DNA of 54,267 nucleotides from Eledone cirrhosa (taxonomy: Eukaryota). Below, piece by piece: positions 41,784 through 54,267 of this stretch; the stretch's first letter is position 1; every line of letters begins with the position of its first letter. A program made the translations under genes and the position numbers. The DNA is taken from contig CAXHJY010000122.1 in assembly GCA_964016885.1 (NCBI GenBank), forward strand, positions 1-54,267. The letters run 5' to 3'. The notes below the pieces were generated by a model. It was not told the origin of the DNA and searched no databases. It saw only the letters and a program-made list of their open reading frames with translations.

Positions 41784-44516
41784 TACCGTATATACTCAAT
41801 TATAAGCAAAAAATATTTGACAAAAAACTAATGGTAAAATGCCTTATATACAAGTTCAATATTTATCCTATTTTCAAAAATTCTTCGTAAATGAGATGCT
41901 AAAATATTTTCACTATGGAGGTAAATATTACACCGCTTTCATTTGGGGGTGAATATTACACTGGTTTCACTTCCGATGTGAAATTTGTATTTCCTATTGT
42001 TTTTTTCTTTGTTTTGAATGAATGTGGCCTTCAAAATGTTCAGAAATTGGTAAAAAAAATCATTACGTAATCATCATCATTTTACGTCCGCTTTTCCCTG
42101 CTTGCAAGGGTGGGACGGGTCTTATTCAGCACAGTATCTCTCCACTCGTCACGGTCCTTCGTCATCTCCACCGTGAGCTTCAATGATCTGAGGTCTGTTC
42201 TCACCACCTCCGCCCATGTTTTTTGTGGTCTACCTCTACCACGTCTTCTTTCAACTGGCATTTCCTGGCACTTCTTCACCCATCGGTCATCCTCCATGCG
42301 CATCACATGTCCATACCACCTCAGTCTCCTCTCCCGTACACTACATTCTATCCCTCTCAGACACAGTTTCTCTCTCAACACATTTATGCTGGGTCGTTCA
42401 CGCACGTTTACACTGCACATCCAACGGAGCATGCTTGCCTCATTTCTCTCCAGCCGTCGCATATCCTCTGCAGTTGCTGCCCATGTCTCACTACCATGCA
42501 GCATCACGCTCCTCACACAGGCATCATACAACCGGCCTTTCGTACGCAGGGAGAAACCCTTCTTCGTCAACAGAGGAAGCAGCTCCCTAAACTTCTTCCA
42601 ACCCATCCTTATTCTAGATACTATGGCCTCAGAACACCCTCCTCCCATGCTAATCTGATCTCCTAGGTACCGGAAGCTATCCACCACTTCTATAGCGCCC
42701 TCCTGCATTTGAAAAATGTGTCTATCAATGCGACTTCTACTGTATAATTTCCCTGTACATCTACTGCATACATATTTCTCCCTACCTGTTAGTTTGCCTG
42801 CTATCCCGCTACATCTCTTGTGTACCCAGGATCTGCATGTGTGCATTTTATAGAATTTATGCCAGTTCCTTTTCTGCATATCGAATATGGCCATTTCCCT
42901 GACGGAATCAGGGTTTTGTCCTCTTTTCTACTCATCAACACTTTTGTCTTAGCTAGATTCACTCTCAGTCCTCTTGCTTCCAACTGCTGTTTCCATAGCC
43001 AGAATTTATTCTCTAGCTCCTCTACTGATTCTGCTATAAGACCTAGATCGTCAGCATAGAGAAGTTCCCATGGACAGCCAGTCTTAAACTCCTCTGTTAT
43101 GGCTTGGAGGACTATAATGAACAAGAGCGGGCTGAGGACCGAACCCTGATGTACTCCTACTTGTATCTGGAATTCCTCACTAAACTCCATTTCTACCCTG
43201 ACTTTACTGAGAGTACCTCTGTACAAAGTTTACACTGTCCTCACAAGTCATTCCTCAACACCCAGCTTCCTTAGGGACCACCAGATGACAGATCGGGGTA
43301 CCCTATCAAAGGCCTTCTATAGGTCAACAAAGGTTAAGTATAGTGGCTTATTCTTCTCGAAGAACTTCTCTTGCAATTGTCTCACCAAGAAGAGGGCATC
43401 TGTTGTACTCTTCCCAGGCACAAAACCAAACTGCATCTCATCTAGTTTGACCCTTTCTCTAATTAGTTGTGCTAAAATCCTTTCTGCCACTTTCATAACC
43501 TGATCTATCAGTTTTATACCCCTATAATTGCTCCTCTCCAGAGCAACCCCTTTACCTTTGTAGCAATTTATGAGAATACTGCTGCACCAGTCTTTGGGTA
43601 TGACACCACCATATATAGCCTGATTGATGATGCGTGCAACCAGTTTAGTGCCTACGTCCCCTGATGCCTTCAGCATCTCAGCAACTATTCCTGATGGTCC
43701 GGCAGCCTTACCATTTTTCATTTCCCTAATCGCCTCTTGGACCCTATACTATTCAATCTCAATAGCTGGTCCCTCTACCAAGGGTAATTTCTCTCTCTCC
43801 CATTTGTCCTCCACATTCATCAGTCTCTCATAATGACATTTCCAGGCCTCCTTTTTCTGATCATTCGTGACACTAAGTACACCAGCATCATCCCGGACAC
43901 ATTTATCTCCAACAACATCCTGATTTGCATTGACACACTGCCTTGCAATGTGGAACACCGCACGCCTCTGATCTTCCCGTCGCAGAACATTGGCAAACCT
44001 CCTACTCTCTGCCTCCCTGCGTGCTAAGTACACCTGACATCTAGCTTCTCTCTTAGTGGCTGGATATTCTTCCCTACTCCCACCCTTTTTCGAAGCCTTC
44101 CATGCTAGTCTTTTGTCTCTAATAGCCCTATCTACTGTGCTGTTCCACCACCAGGTCACTCTCTGTCTGGTTGGAGCTCTGCTCCAGCCACAAGTTTCAT
44201 CAGTAGCCTGCAGCAAGTTGTCACGTAAGAAATTCCAGTTATTATCTATGTCATACGTCTCTAAATCGTCTTCTTTTTCGTCATATACATATAATGGAGA
44301 TATAAAACAAAAACTTTACTCTAAATGACACTTAAAACATTTCAAATATCAAAATATTAAGACTTCATAAATATATTCTCGACTCATGAGGATTTCAAAA
44401 CCACACCATCTAAACATAATGTGTTGATTACCTGCCTCGGGTTATAAACAGGGTTTGGATTTTGGCCTAGGGAGTCATCTTATATTCAGATTGACTTATA
44501 TTCAAGTATATAAGTA
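41784..44516. mobile_element. Old pogo/Tigger-type MITE split by an RTE insertion
   Basis: Left TA|CCGTATATACTCAATTATAAGC; right CTTATATTCAGATTGACTTATATTCAAGTATATAAG|TA (degenerate TIR). Confidence 0.6.
42070..44284 (-). mobile_element. RTE family 2, 5'-truncated and frameshifted
   Basis: RVTWWWN, QGSVLSPLLF, YADD, Cys/His finger, LASREKRT*(ATG)n. Confidence 0.95.
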
Positions 44517-44582
44517 TATATTTTTCTCCTTTCTTTTCTCTTCCTAATCAGAAGCTGGTAGATAAAATATATGCATATAAGC

Positions 44583-44760
44583 ATCATCATCATCATCACC
44601 ATTTAACATCCATTTATCCACGCTAGTATGGGTTGGATGAGTTGCCTTGTTGTGAGATAAGCCAGATCAGATGACTATGTCTTACTCATATAGAACTGAT
44701 TTTGGCTTGATTTCTACTTTTAGATGCCCTTCCTAATGCCATCCACATATGCTGAGTGGA
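44583..44760 (-). mobile_element. SINE-B 3' part
   Basis: (CAT)n, CCACGCTAGTATGGG, GATGCCCTTCCTAA. Confidence 0.75.
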
Positions 44761-45127
44761 CTATACATACACATAAGTACAATGACTTCAACAAAAGCTT
44801 ATGCTTTTTCAAACTTCAACTGTTAACCCAAACAAAACAGATCTTATATTTACTGATGGTGTGTGTGTGTGTAATTTTTCTTAAGAATGGTTGAAACATT
44901 TTTTCAAACATTCACCACCATCCTCATCAACATCCTTATCTTCTCCATATACCAACAATGATAATAAAAGCCATAATACTAACAACAAAACAATAATGGT
45001 AGTTTCTAATTTAGGCATAAGTCTGGCAATAATGCAGGGCATAAGGAATTGGTAAGAAATACCGCAAAGCATTTTGTTGGACACTAACGATTATTCTAAT
45101 CTACAGCTCTTCCTATTACAACAACAA

Positions 45128-45495
45128 TCATCATCATCATCATCGTTTAACGTCCATTTTCCATGCTAGCATGGGTTAGATGGTTCGTCCCATTTGAGGT
45201 AAGTTGGGTCAGGTGACAATGTCTTACTCATATAGGACTGTCTCTGGCTTGGTTTCTATTGCTGGATGCCCTTCCTAATGCCAACCACATTTACAGTGTG
45301 CTGGGTCCTTTTTATTGTGTCCTCTACATGGCCACTTTATAGTGTGGACTGGGTGCTTTTTGTCATGACACCTCCGCAACCACTTTACAGTGTGGACTGG
45401 GTGCTTTTTGAAGACATCTACATGACCACTTTACAGTGTGGGCTGGGTGCTTTTTTCCATGACACCTACATGACCACTTTACAGTGTGTGCTGGA
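45128..45495 (-). mobile_element. SINE-B with four to five ~48-bp repeats
   Basis: CCACTTTACAGTGTGGACTGGGTGCTTTTT units, GGATGCCCTTCCTAA, (CAT)n tail. Confidence 0.85.
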
Positions 45496-45521
45496 TATGT
45501 CAGTGATAAAAACAATCTCTT

Positions 45522-45735
45522 ATAATAATTCTTTTTAATATTGACACAAGCCCAGCAATTTAGGGGTAGGGGAAAGTTGATTATACTGACTCCACTACTT
45601 TATTTTATCTTATTGACCCCAGTAGGATGAAAGCAAGTATAACTAACCTCAGCAGAATTTGAAGCCAAAATGTAGAAGCCCGTAACAAAATACCGCAATA
45701 CATTTTATCTCACACACTAACAATTCTGCCAATCC
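45522..45735 (-). mobile_element. Degenerate SINE-A
   Basis: Core motifs, ending CTGCCAATCC. Confidence 0.75.
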
Positions 45736-45758
45736 ACCACACTTCATATAACAGCAAT

Positions 45759-45940
45759 GATTGGCAGTATTGGTAGCGGGTCGGACGCCATGCTTTGACG
45801 CATAGAGTTACGGCCCTTGCCATTCTGAGTTCAAATCCCGCCGAGGTTAACTTTGCCTTTCATCCTTACGGGGTCGATAAAATAAAGTACCAGTAATACT
45901 CTGGGTAATTGCTGGCCTTGTGCCAAAAGTAGAAACAATA
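45759..45940 (+). mobile_element. Full-length SINE-A
   Basis: A box TGGCAGTATTGG, B box GAGTTCAAATC, GCCTTTCATCCTTACGGGGTCGATAAAATAAAGTACCAG. Confidence 0.9.
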
Positions 45941-46339
45941 TAAGCAGTAACAACAACAGCAATATTAAAAGAGACAAGGAGAAAAAAATAAATAAAACCT
46001 TTGATTCCATTAATTTAATGTAGATTTGAATCTGCAACCATTTTTGGTAAAAAGTTTGTTGCTATGCCAAGTCGTTGAGACTGGGATAGAAAGAAAGAAA
46101 ATAAGAATAAACAAAAAAACAAAACAATTCCGTTCTATACAAGAACTACCACCAACTTCCGAGGTTTCTTCTCTTCATTTCGACGGCTTCTTTCCTACCT
46201 TCCTTTCTTACCTTCTCTTTTGTTTCTCTATTTTTTTTTCTTTTGTACTTTACCCCACCTCCCCGTCCCCTCTCTTTTTCTCTGTTTTCCACTCCCTCAC
46301 TATGATTTGTAAACACATCGATAGAAATATGTGTGATGT

Positions 46340-48932
<2,593 letters not shown>

Positions 48933-48942
48933 ATCGGCCACA

Positions 48943-49210
48943 ACATCCAGGCCGAAACAAATGAGATCGTGTAGGTGTCACGACAAAAAAACACACAGTC
49001 CACGCTGTAATGTGGTCGTGTAGGCAACACGGTAAAAACCTCCCAGTTCCACACTGTAAATGTGGTTGGTGTTAGGAAGGGCATCCAGCTGTAGAAAACC
49101 CGCCAGACAGTCCTATGCGAACAAGACAACCACTCTTGCCTCAAGTGGGAAAACTCCCGTCCAAACCCATGCAAGCGTGGAACATGGACGTTAAACTATG
49201 ATGATGATGA
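48943..49210 (+). mobile_element. RTE family 1 3'UTR variant
   Basis: CATCCAGGCCGAAACAAATGAG...GGACGTTAAAC(GAT)n. Confidence 0.88.
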
Positions 49211-49302
49211 TATATATATATGTATGTATATATATATATGTATGTATATGTATATATATATATATGTATGTATATATATATATATGTATGTGTATATATA
49301 TC

Positions 49303-49336
<34 letters not shown>

Positions 49337-49345
49337 TGTATGTAT

Positions 49346-49583
49346 ATCAGGGTTGTAGGTGTTATATCAGAGTTTTCCTTCTCCTAGAATTCTGCCTTGA
49401 TAAAGGCTAAAGGGTCATCTCTCCCAGTGATTTTGGATGGCCATTGACAAGTGTAGTGTTTGTACCAGAGTTTTCAAGTTGCTGGCTGGACTAAAAAGTC
49501 ACACTCGTTCAGCGCATTGGTAGGGGTTCTCCTACATGGATTTAAAGTAGTGGCCGTACTCGAAAACGAGTTGGCAGCCACCA

Positions 49584-49585
<2 letters not shown>
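49346..49585 (-). mobile_element. RTE-5'UTR-like fragment
   Basis: Minus-strand CTAGGAGAAGGAAAACTCTGA motif, recalled from RTE 5' regions and not verified. Confidence 0.4.
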
Positions 49586-49616
<31 letters not shown>

Positions 49617-49799
49617 GGGTGGATGTTAAATAATGATGATGATGGTATGAATGGTGTGTGTATGTGTATACGTGTTAATATATTCATGAATATATATATA
49701 TATGAATATGAATGTGTGTGTGTATTTCTTATGTTTGTCTGTTCTTACATTGTTTGTTTCTTTGCACTTCTGGTATAAAAGAAAGTGTTATTTATTGAT

Positions 49800-50055
49800 T
49801 AATAATAATAATAATAACAATAATGATAATGGTGATGCTAATAATATTGGTAATAATTTGTTCAATGATAATCATAATAATAGTGGTAATAACAATGATG
49901 ATATTAGCAACAACAATGTTAATAATTGGAGTAACGGCAATACTGGTGGTAGTAGTATTAGTGTTAGTGATACTGATGGTGATGTTATAGTAAGATTGGT
50001 GGTGATGGTAGTAGCGTTAGTAGTAGTAGTGATAATAATGATAATAATAAAATAA
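49800..50055. repeat. AAT/GAT/GGT/AGT trinucleotide low-complexity tract
   Basis: Direct inspection. Confidence 0.9.
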
Positions 50056-50689
50056 TGAATGCAATATTGATTCTTTGTTAGATGTTTTTTAAAGGAGGGA
50101 TGATGGTAGGATGGTAGAAAAATCAACATGGACACCTCCCATTAATAATATATATAGTTCAGTTATGTTGAGGAAAATAACTTGAGAAATTATATCCAAG
50201 ATTTCTTTTGGTTGGATGGATACCGCCATCATTATTCTCCTACTTCTCATCATCCTCATTATTTCAATTTTTACATGCTTGCATGGGTTGGACAAGACTT
50301 TTTTGAAACATTTTTCTATGGTTGGATGCCATTCCTGACCCCTAACCAATATATTATTTTTAAGTATGTATATATTATATTTATTTTACATCAACTTTTT
50401 TATACTTGCATGGGTTGTGTGACACCTTTAATGTTGATTTTGTACAACTGGGTGGCGTTTCTGATGCCAACACATTTATGTATGTTATTTTAAGTATGGT
50501 GATAAAAAGCACTCAGTCTGCTTTCTCAGGTAGAATCATGTTAAAATGCTCACAGTACATGCTGTAAAGTGGTTGCTGTTAGGGAAGGCGTCAAGCCATA
50601 GAAACCATGTTCCCAGTACACACTATAAAGTAGTTGGCATTACTTGATTTAAGAAAACCTTTTACTGTCAATTCCATGTGTAAAGAATC

Positions 50690-51780
50690 TCATGCGTTTT
50701 TTTACCAAGGCCACAACATATTCTATTCCAGGTTTTTTCAAATTTCCACCTGGGGTTTTTTCAATTTGGTCTTATGACATTCACACTGTCCATAGCTTCC
50801 TCACATTATCCTTGAAAGGTTTATTAATTACTATATCTAATGGTTGTAATACACTGGTGAGTCCTAGAGGAATCATTGCTTGGCTTGTTTTCATTCTGTC
50901 AAGTTTCTGTTTAACAGTATCTGTATGGTGTACCTTGAATTAGTTCAACACCAGCATAGATTTTTTTTGTTCAGCAGTGTTCCAGGTCTTCTTCCACATA
51001 ATTTATCCAGCCACAAAAGAAAACCATTTTCATCAATCCACACTTTAGTATGACAATGCGAAGGAGTTTCACAATTTTTGGCAATGTTTTACATTTGAAT
51101 ATTACCATTGCTGGTAATTTTGTGCCATCAGCCACACAATATAACTGTGAAGTGAATCTTCTCATGTCTCATGGTTCTAACATATACTGTCTTGTTACCC
51201 ATTTTATCTAATGTTCTGTTGTTAGCCATATCAAAATACATAGGTATTTCAACCATGTTTCCAATTTGCTGCAGATCAAAACAATTGCTTTCCTCAGCTT
51301 TTATATGAAGCTGTGAAAGTCAATTATTTTATTTTATAAATTTGAAGTCAACATCTGAGATATTTGTTTTTATGTAATGCTAATGAATGCCCCTTAAAAA
51401 ACAATGGCACTATCCGCTAGAAAATTTAAAAGTATCTTTTATATCTTATTTTTCATCTTTGGCCATTTTTCTTGCTTGAAGTTTTACATGGAGAGTTGTC
51501 ACCATGTCACCTTCTTTTCTTTGTTCCTCAACCCAGTCAGCTAAATCATTTTCCAATTCTGCATAGAAATTTCCTTCTGCCTTTAAAATTTTGCTTCCTT
51601 TTTGGTATTTTCTGTTGTACTTTTTTTTTTTTTTGGCTTTCTCTATCTTTTCACTTTGCTTTCATCCAGTCCAAATTCTCTAGCAGCAGCTGTACTGTTG
51701 TTTGTTTTTTCAGCAGTATCTGTTGCTTTTAATTTTAAAGAAGCAGTATATCCACTGCATGCTTTTAACTTTTCAGCCAT
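50690..51780 (-). pseudogene. Decayed pogo-family transposase (Brinker-like DBD, CENP-B-type HTH, DDE_1)
   Basis: YTASLKLKA...AAAREFGLDE; ADGTKLPAMVIFKCKTLPK; IPLGLTSVLQPLDIVINKPFK; several stops and frameshifts. Confidence 0.9.
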
Positions 51781-52537
51781 CAGATGCTTTTATCTTTTTT
51801 GGTAGGGTGTGATGAAAATAACAAATGAATAGTTCTAGGTTTTTAACTCAGAAACCTGTTTCACGTGCAAAATAATCAGAGATGTATGGACAAAACTCCG
51901 AAGTGAAAATAAGACAACCCCCTCCCACATTTTTAGAAAATTTTATTTCTTTATAATTAAAGAATAAGGAAATACTAAATTAATATAATATAAAGAAATG
52001 GAGATATAGTTTTAGCTTAAGGTCTTATTAAAAAAATATTTAATCGTTATGGCGTTATGGAGATCATTAATAACACTAGGGGGAGATTGAAATGAATAGG
52101 GAATAGTTGAAAGAGATCAACAAAGAGAACACCGTATAAGGATTCAGAGTAGGAAGGGGAGGAAGAGACAGCTAGCGAAATAAAATAAAACGAGATTGAA
52201 AGTAAAAGAAGGATTAAGTCACAGAGAAAAATAGTCAATATGTATGTGTACGCTTGTGCATGCATGCATATGTATTTGTGTATTAAAGTTCAAATAATAA
52301 AAATTTGTTGAGAATGTTCTCAAGGCAATGCATAAATAAAACTCATAACAATATAGTAAATGTAGAAAAACAATGTTTCATTATGAAATAGTCACTCCAG
52401 ATATTTTAGCACCTTATTTGTGTAGAATTTGAAGTTGATGAAAACCCTGAATATACGCTGCCCCCCCTCCCCCCACACTTTACCATTGATTTATTTTGTC
52501 ACATATTCCATGGTTTATATTTGTGTATGTTTAGCAT

Positions 52538-52690
52538 TCATTTATCCATGCTTGCATGGGTTAGACAGGTCGTCCACGTTGGAAGACATGTCTGGCCAGA
52601 GTTGGCCACACCGTACCTTGGTCCAATGAGGACTGTAAATTTGGCTGGGTATTTTACAGCTGGATGCCCTTCCTAACACCAACCATATAC
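52538..52690 (-). mobile_element. SINE-B 3' part
   Basis: CCATGCTTGCATGGG...GCTGGATGCCCTTCCTAACACCAACC. Confidence 0.75.
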
Positions 52691-53058
52691 ATTAAAAACA
52701 ATAACAGACAGCCTGACTGAAAACTTTATCATTTTAATTCCGTGAAAGCACTATTCATATTTCAATGGCCCAGCTTCATTATCAGAATATGATATAAAAC
52801 TCAGGCGATTTCATCAGGTGTTAATTGCAAAATTATTTATATAATAGAACAGGAATTTGGCAAACACAAACAGAGAATAGAAAATAGAAATTAGAGGACC
52901 GATTTTGATTCAGAGATGACCTGCCGATTCTGTTCCTGCGCCAACCACTGGACACCACATCTATGATGGATGATTTGCTTAATGTCAAGTGCTTTAATTT
53001 ATTGCATCATCGTTTATTATCACCAGTTCCACCAATTGGTAAACACTATAGCATAAAT

Positions 53059-53240
53059 GGTGACCACAGTTAAAAAGAGGTACTCAATAGAGTAGTAGAG
53101 TATAGGCGTATTTATATATTTTATTATAGTAATGACTTTTGCAGGACTAGAGTTGTTTCATTCGTAAGAAAAGACTTTCCTGTTGATTTCTCGTGAATGA
53201 AACACTACTAGTCCTCTAGAAGACATATCTATAATAAAAT
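53059..53240. mobile_element. Decayed head-to-head copy of the 21.4-kb hammerhead family
   Basis: CAGGACTAGAGTTGTTTCATTC faces CCTGTTGATTTC..GAATGAAACACTACTAGTCCTCTAGAA; GGTACTCAATA motif upstream. Confidence 0.7.
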
Positions 53241-53528
53241 ATATATATGTTTATGTGTGTGCATAGAACAATGAAAAAAGACATAAGTCACAGGTAGGTA
53301 GTTAATTAGTTCATTGTTTTACGATCATTTCAGAGGGTCAATTGATCATGGAAGATCAATGTATCAACCAGCATAGTAGTGGTTAGTCTCCAAATTCTTG
53401 TTCAATCGACCGTCTTCTTCAGAAACACGAAACTACTGGTTACACCATCTTATCTCATGGCAACCATCTTTCCAAGAACACATTAAGTTCTAACAACGTT
53501 ATCAGCCCTACCACAACCAGATGGAATA

Positions 53529-53566
<38 letters not shown>

Positions 53567-54267
53567 ATTAACAGAAAAGGTTTGAAGAATGATTGTATAT
53601 GAATTTTCATAAAATTGTAGGAATCTCAGCACAGGAGTATCTGTGAACAGCTGATCGCTATGTGCATAGCAAAAAGTTGGGTTAAAATGTAACCACATAT
53701 TGAGCAGAAAAATGGAAAGAGGGAGAGAATGAAAGAGCGTCTAAAGCATGAGATGAGAAATGAGAGGGGTATGGAGAGAGAAGAGAAGAGAAGAGAGGAA
53801 AAGTAGGGGCTTTTCTCTACTCCTCCTCTCTTCTCTTCTTTATGAAAAAAAAGTAAATATATATATATATATATATATATACATACTATTTCAAAGCCCT
53901 AAGAAGTTCACTCTGTCATTACCACAACAGAAGTCCGACAAGCTTTTGATTCCAGAGTAGTGCTAGACCGATACAGGTCCCAGGTCAACCTTGAGCTTGA
54001 TCAATAGCGAAACGCGCGTCCTCTATTCAAATATGCGAACATGATCAAGACATAACAAATACGTCCTTTTTATTATTGTGAGTCATATACATTTCTATAT
54101 ATATAATAGATATATACTATATACTAATATATATACTAACCAGTGAAGAAGGAAAACAAATTATTTGTAAAGAGATATATAGCAATCATAGACAACCCAA
54201 GAAACTTAAACTACATTTAAAAAACACAAAAGTTCTTAAAATCTAAGAAAAATTGACAAATTTCTTA

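Larger units (their letters stand above)
41432..44861. repeat. 81-bp inverted repeat pair: 41432-41512 and 44781-44861
   Basis: CACCATCAGTAAATATAAGAT...GTTGAAGTAATT versus its reverse complement, about 4 mismatches. Confidence 0.9.

Noticed and set aside
49495-49585. HDV-like ribozyme at an RTE-like 5' end
   Set aside because: P1- and P2-like pairings exist but only 8 nt remain for P3/L3.
49702-50055. Asn-rich ORF with hydrophobic tail
   Set aside because: Translation of trinucleotide repeats.
52914-53038. Possible AG...GT exon DDLPILFLRQPLD...PVPPI
   Set aside because: Weak splice signals and no homology; compatible with chance.
53451-53464. Second X-box
   Set aside because: Only the CATGGCAAC half matches.

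Overview
AT-rich metazoan DNA, most likely an octopod cephalopod (inferred from the SINE/LINE repertoire and huge TA arrays). No host gene is confidently identifiable. About 40% is (TA)n/(TATG)/(TATTTATG) microsatellite, and all long Y/I/C/V/M ORFs are artefacts of it. The 11-37 kb array is packed with retroelements: five co-oriented copies of an RTE LINE (a sixth lies at 48.9 kb), one nearly full length with APE, RT and an embedded PHD-like finger; a second RTE family; and a third RTE fragment with a 5' inversion. There are also tRNA-headed SINEs, a Tx1/L1-like 3' end, a hAT MITE, a pogo MITE and a decayed pogo transposase. The most notable signal is non-coding: a young 312-bp repeat (12046-12962), in tandem plus inverted arrangement, with a type I hammerhead ribozyme in each unit (retrozyme/Penelope-pLTR-like, predicted 312-nt monomer or circle). 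A second hammerhead family forms head-to-head palindromes (21332-21478 and relics), and both share a non-canonical U.U at the base of stem II. A 46-aa signal-peptide-like sORF (4013-4153, minus) is the best host-gene candidate. All calls were made by eye.
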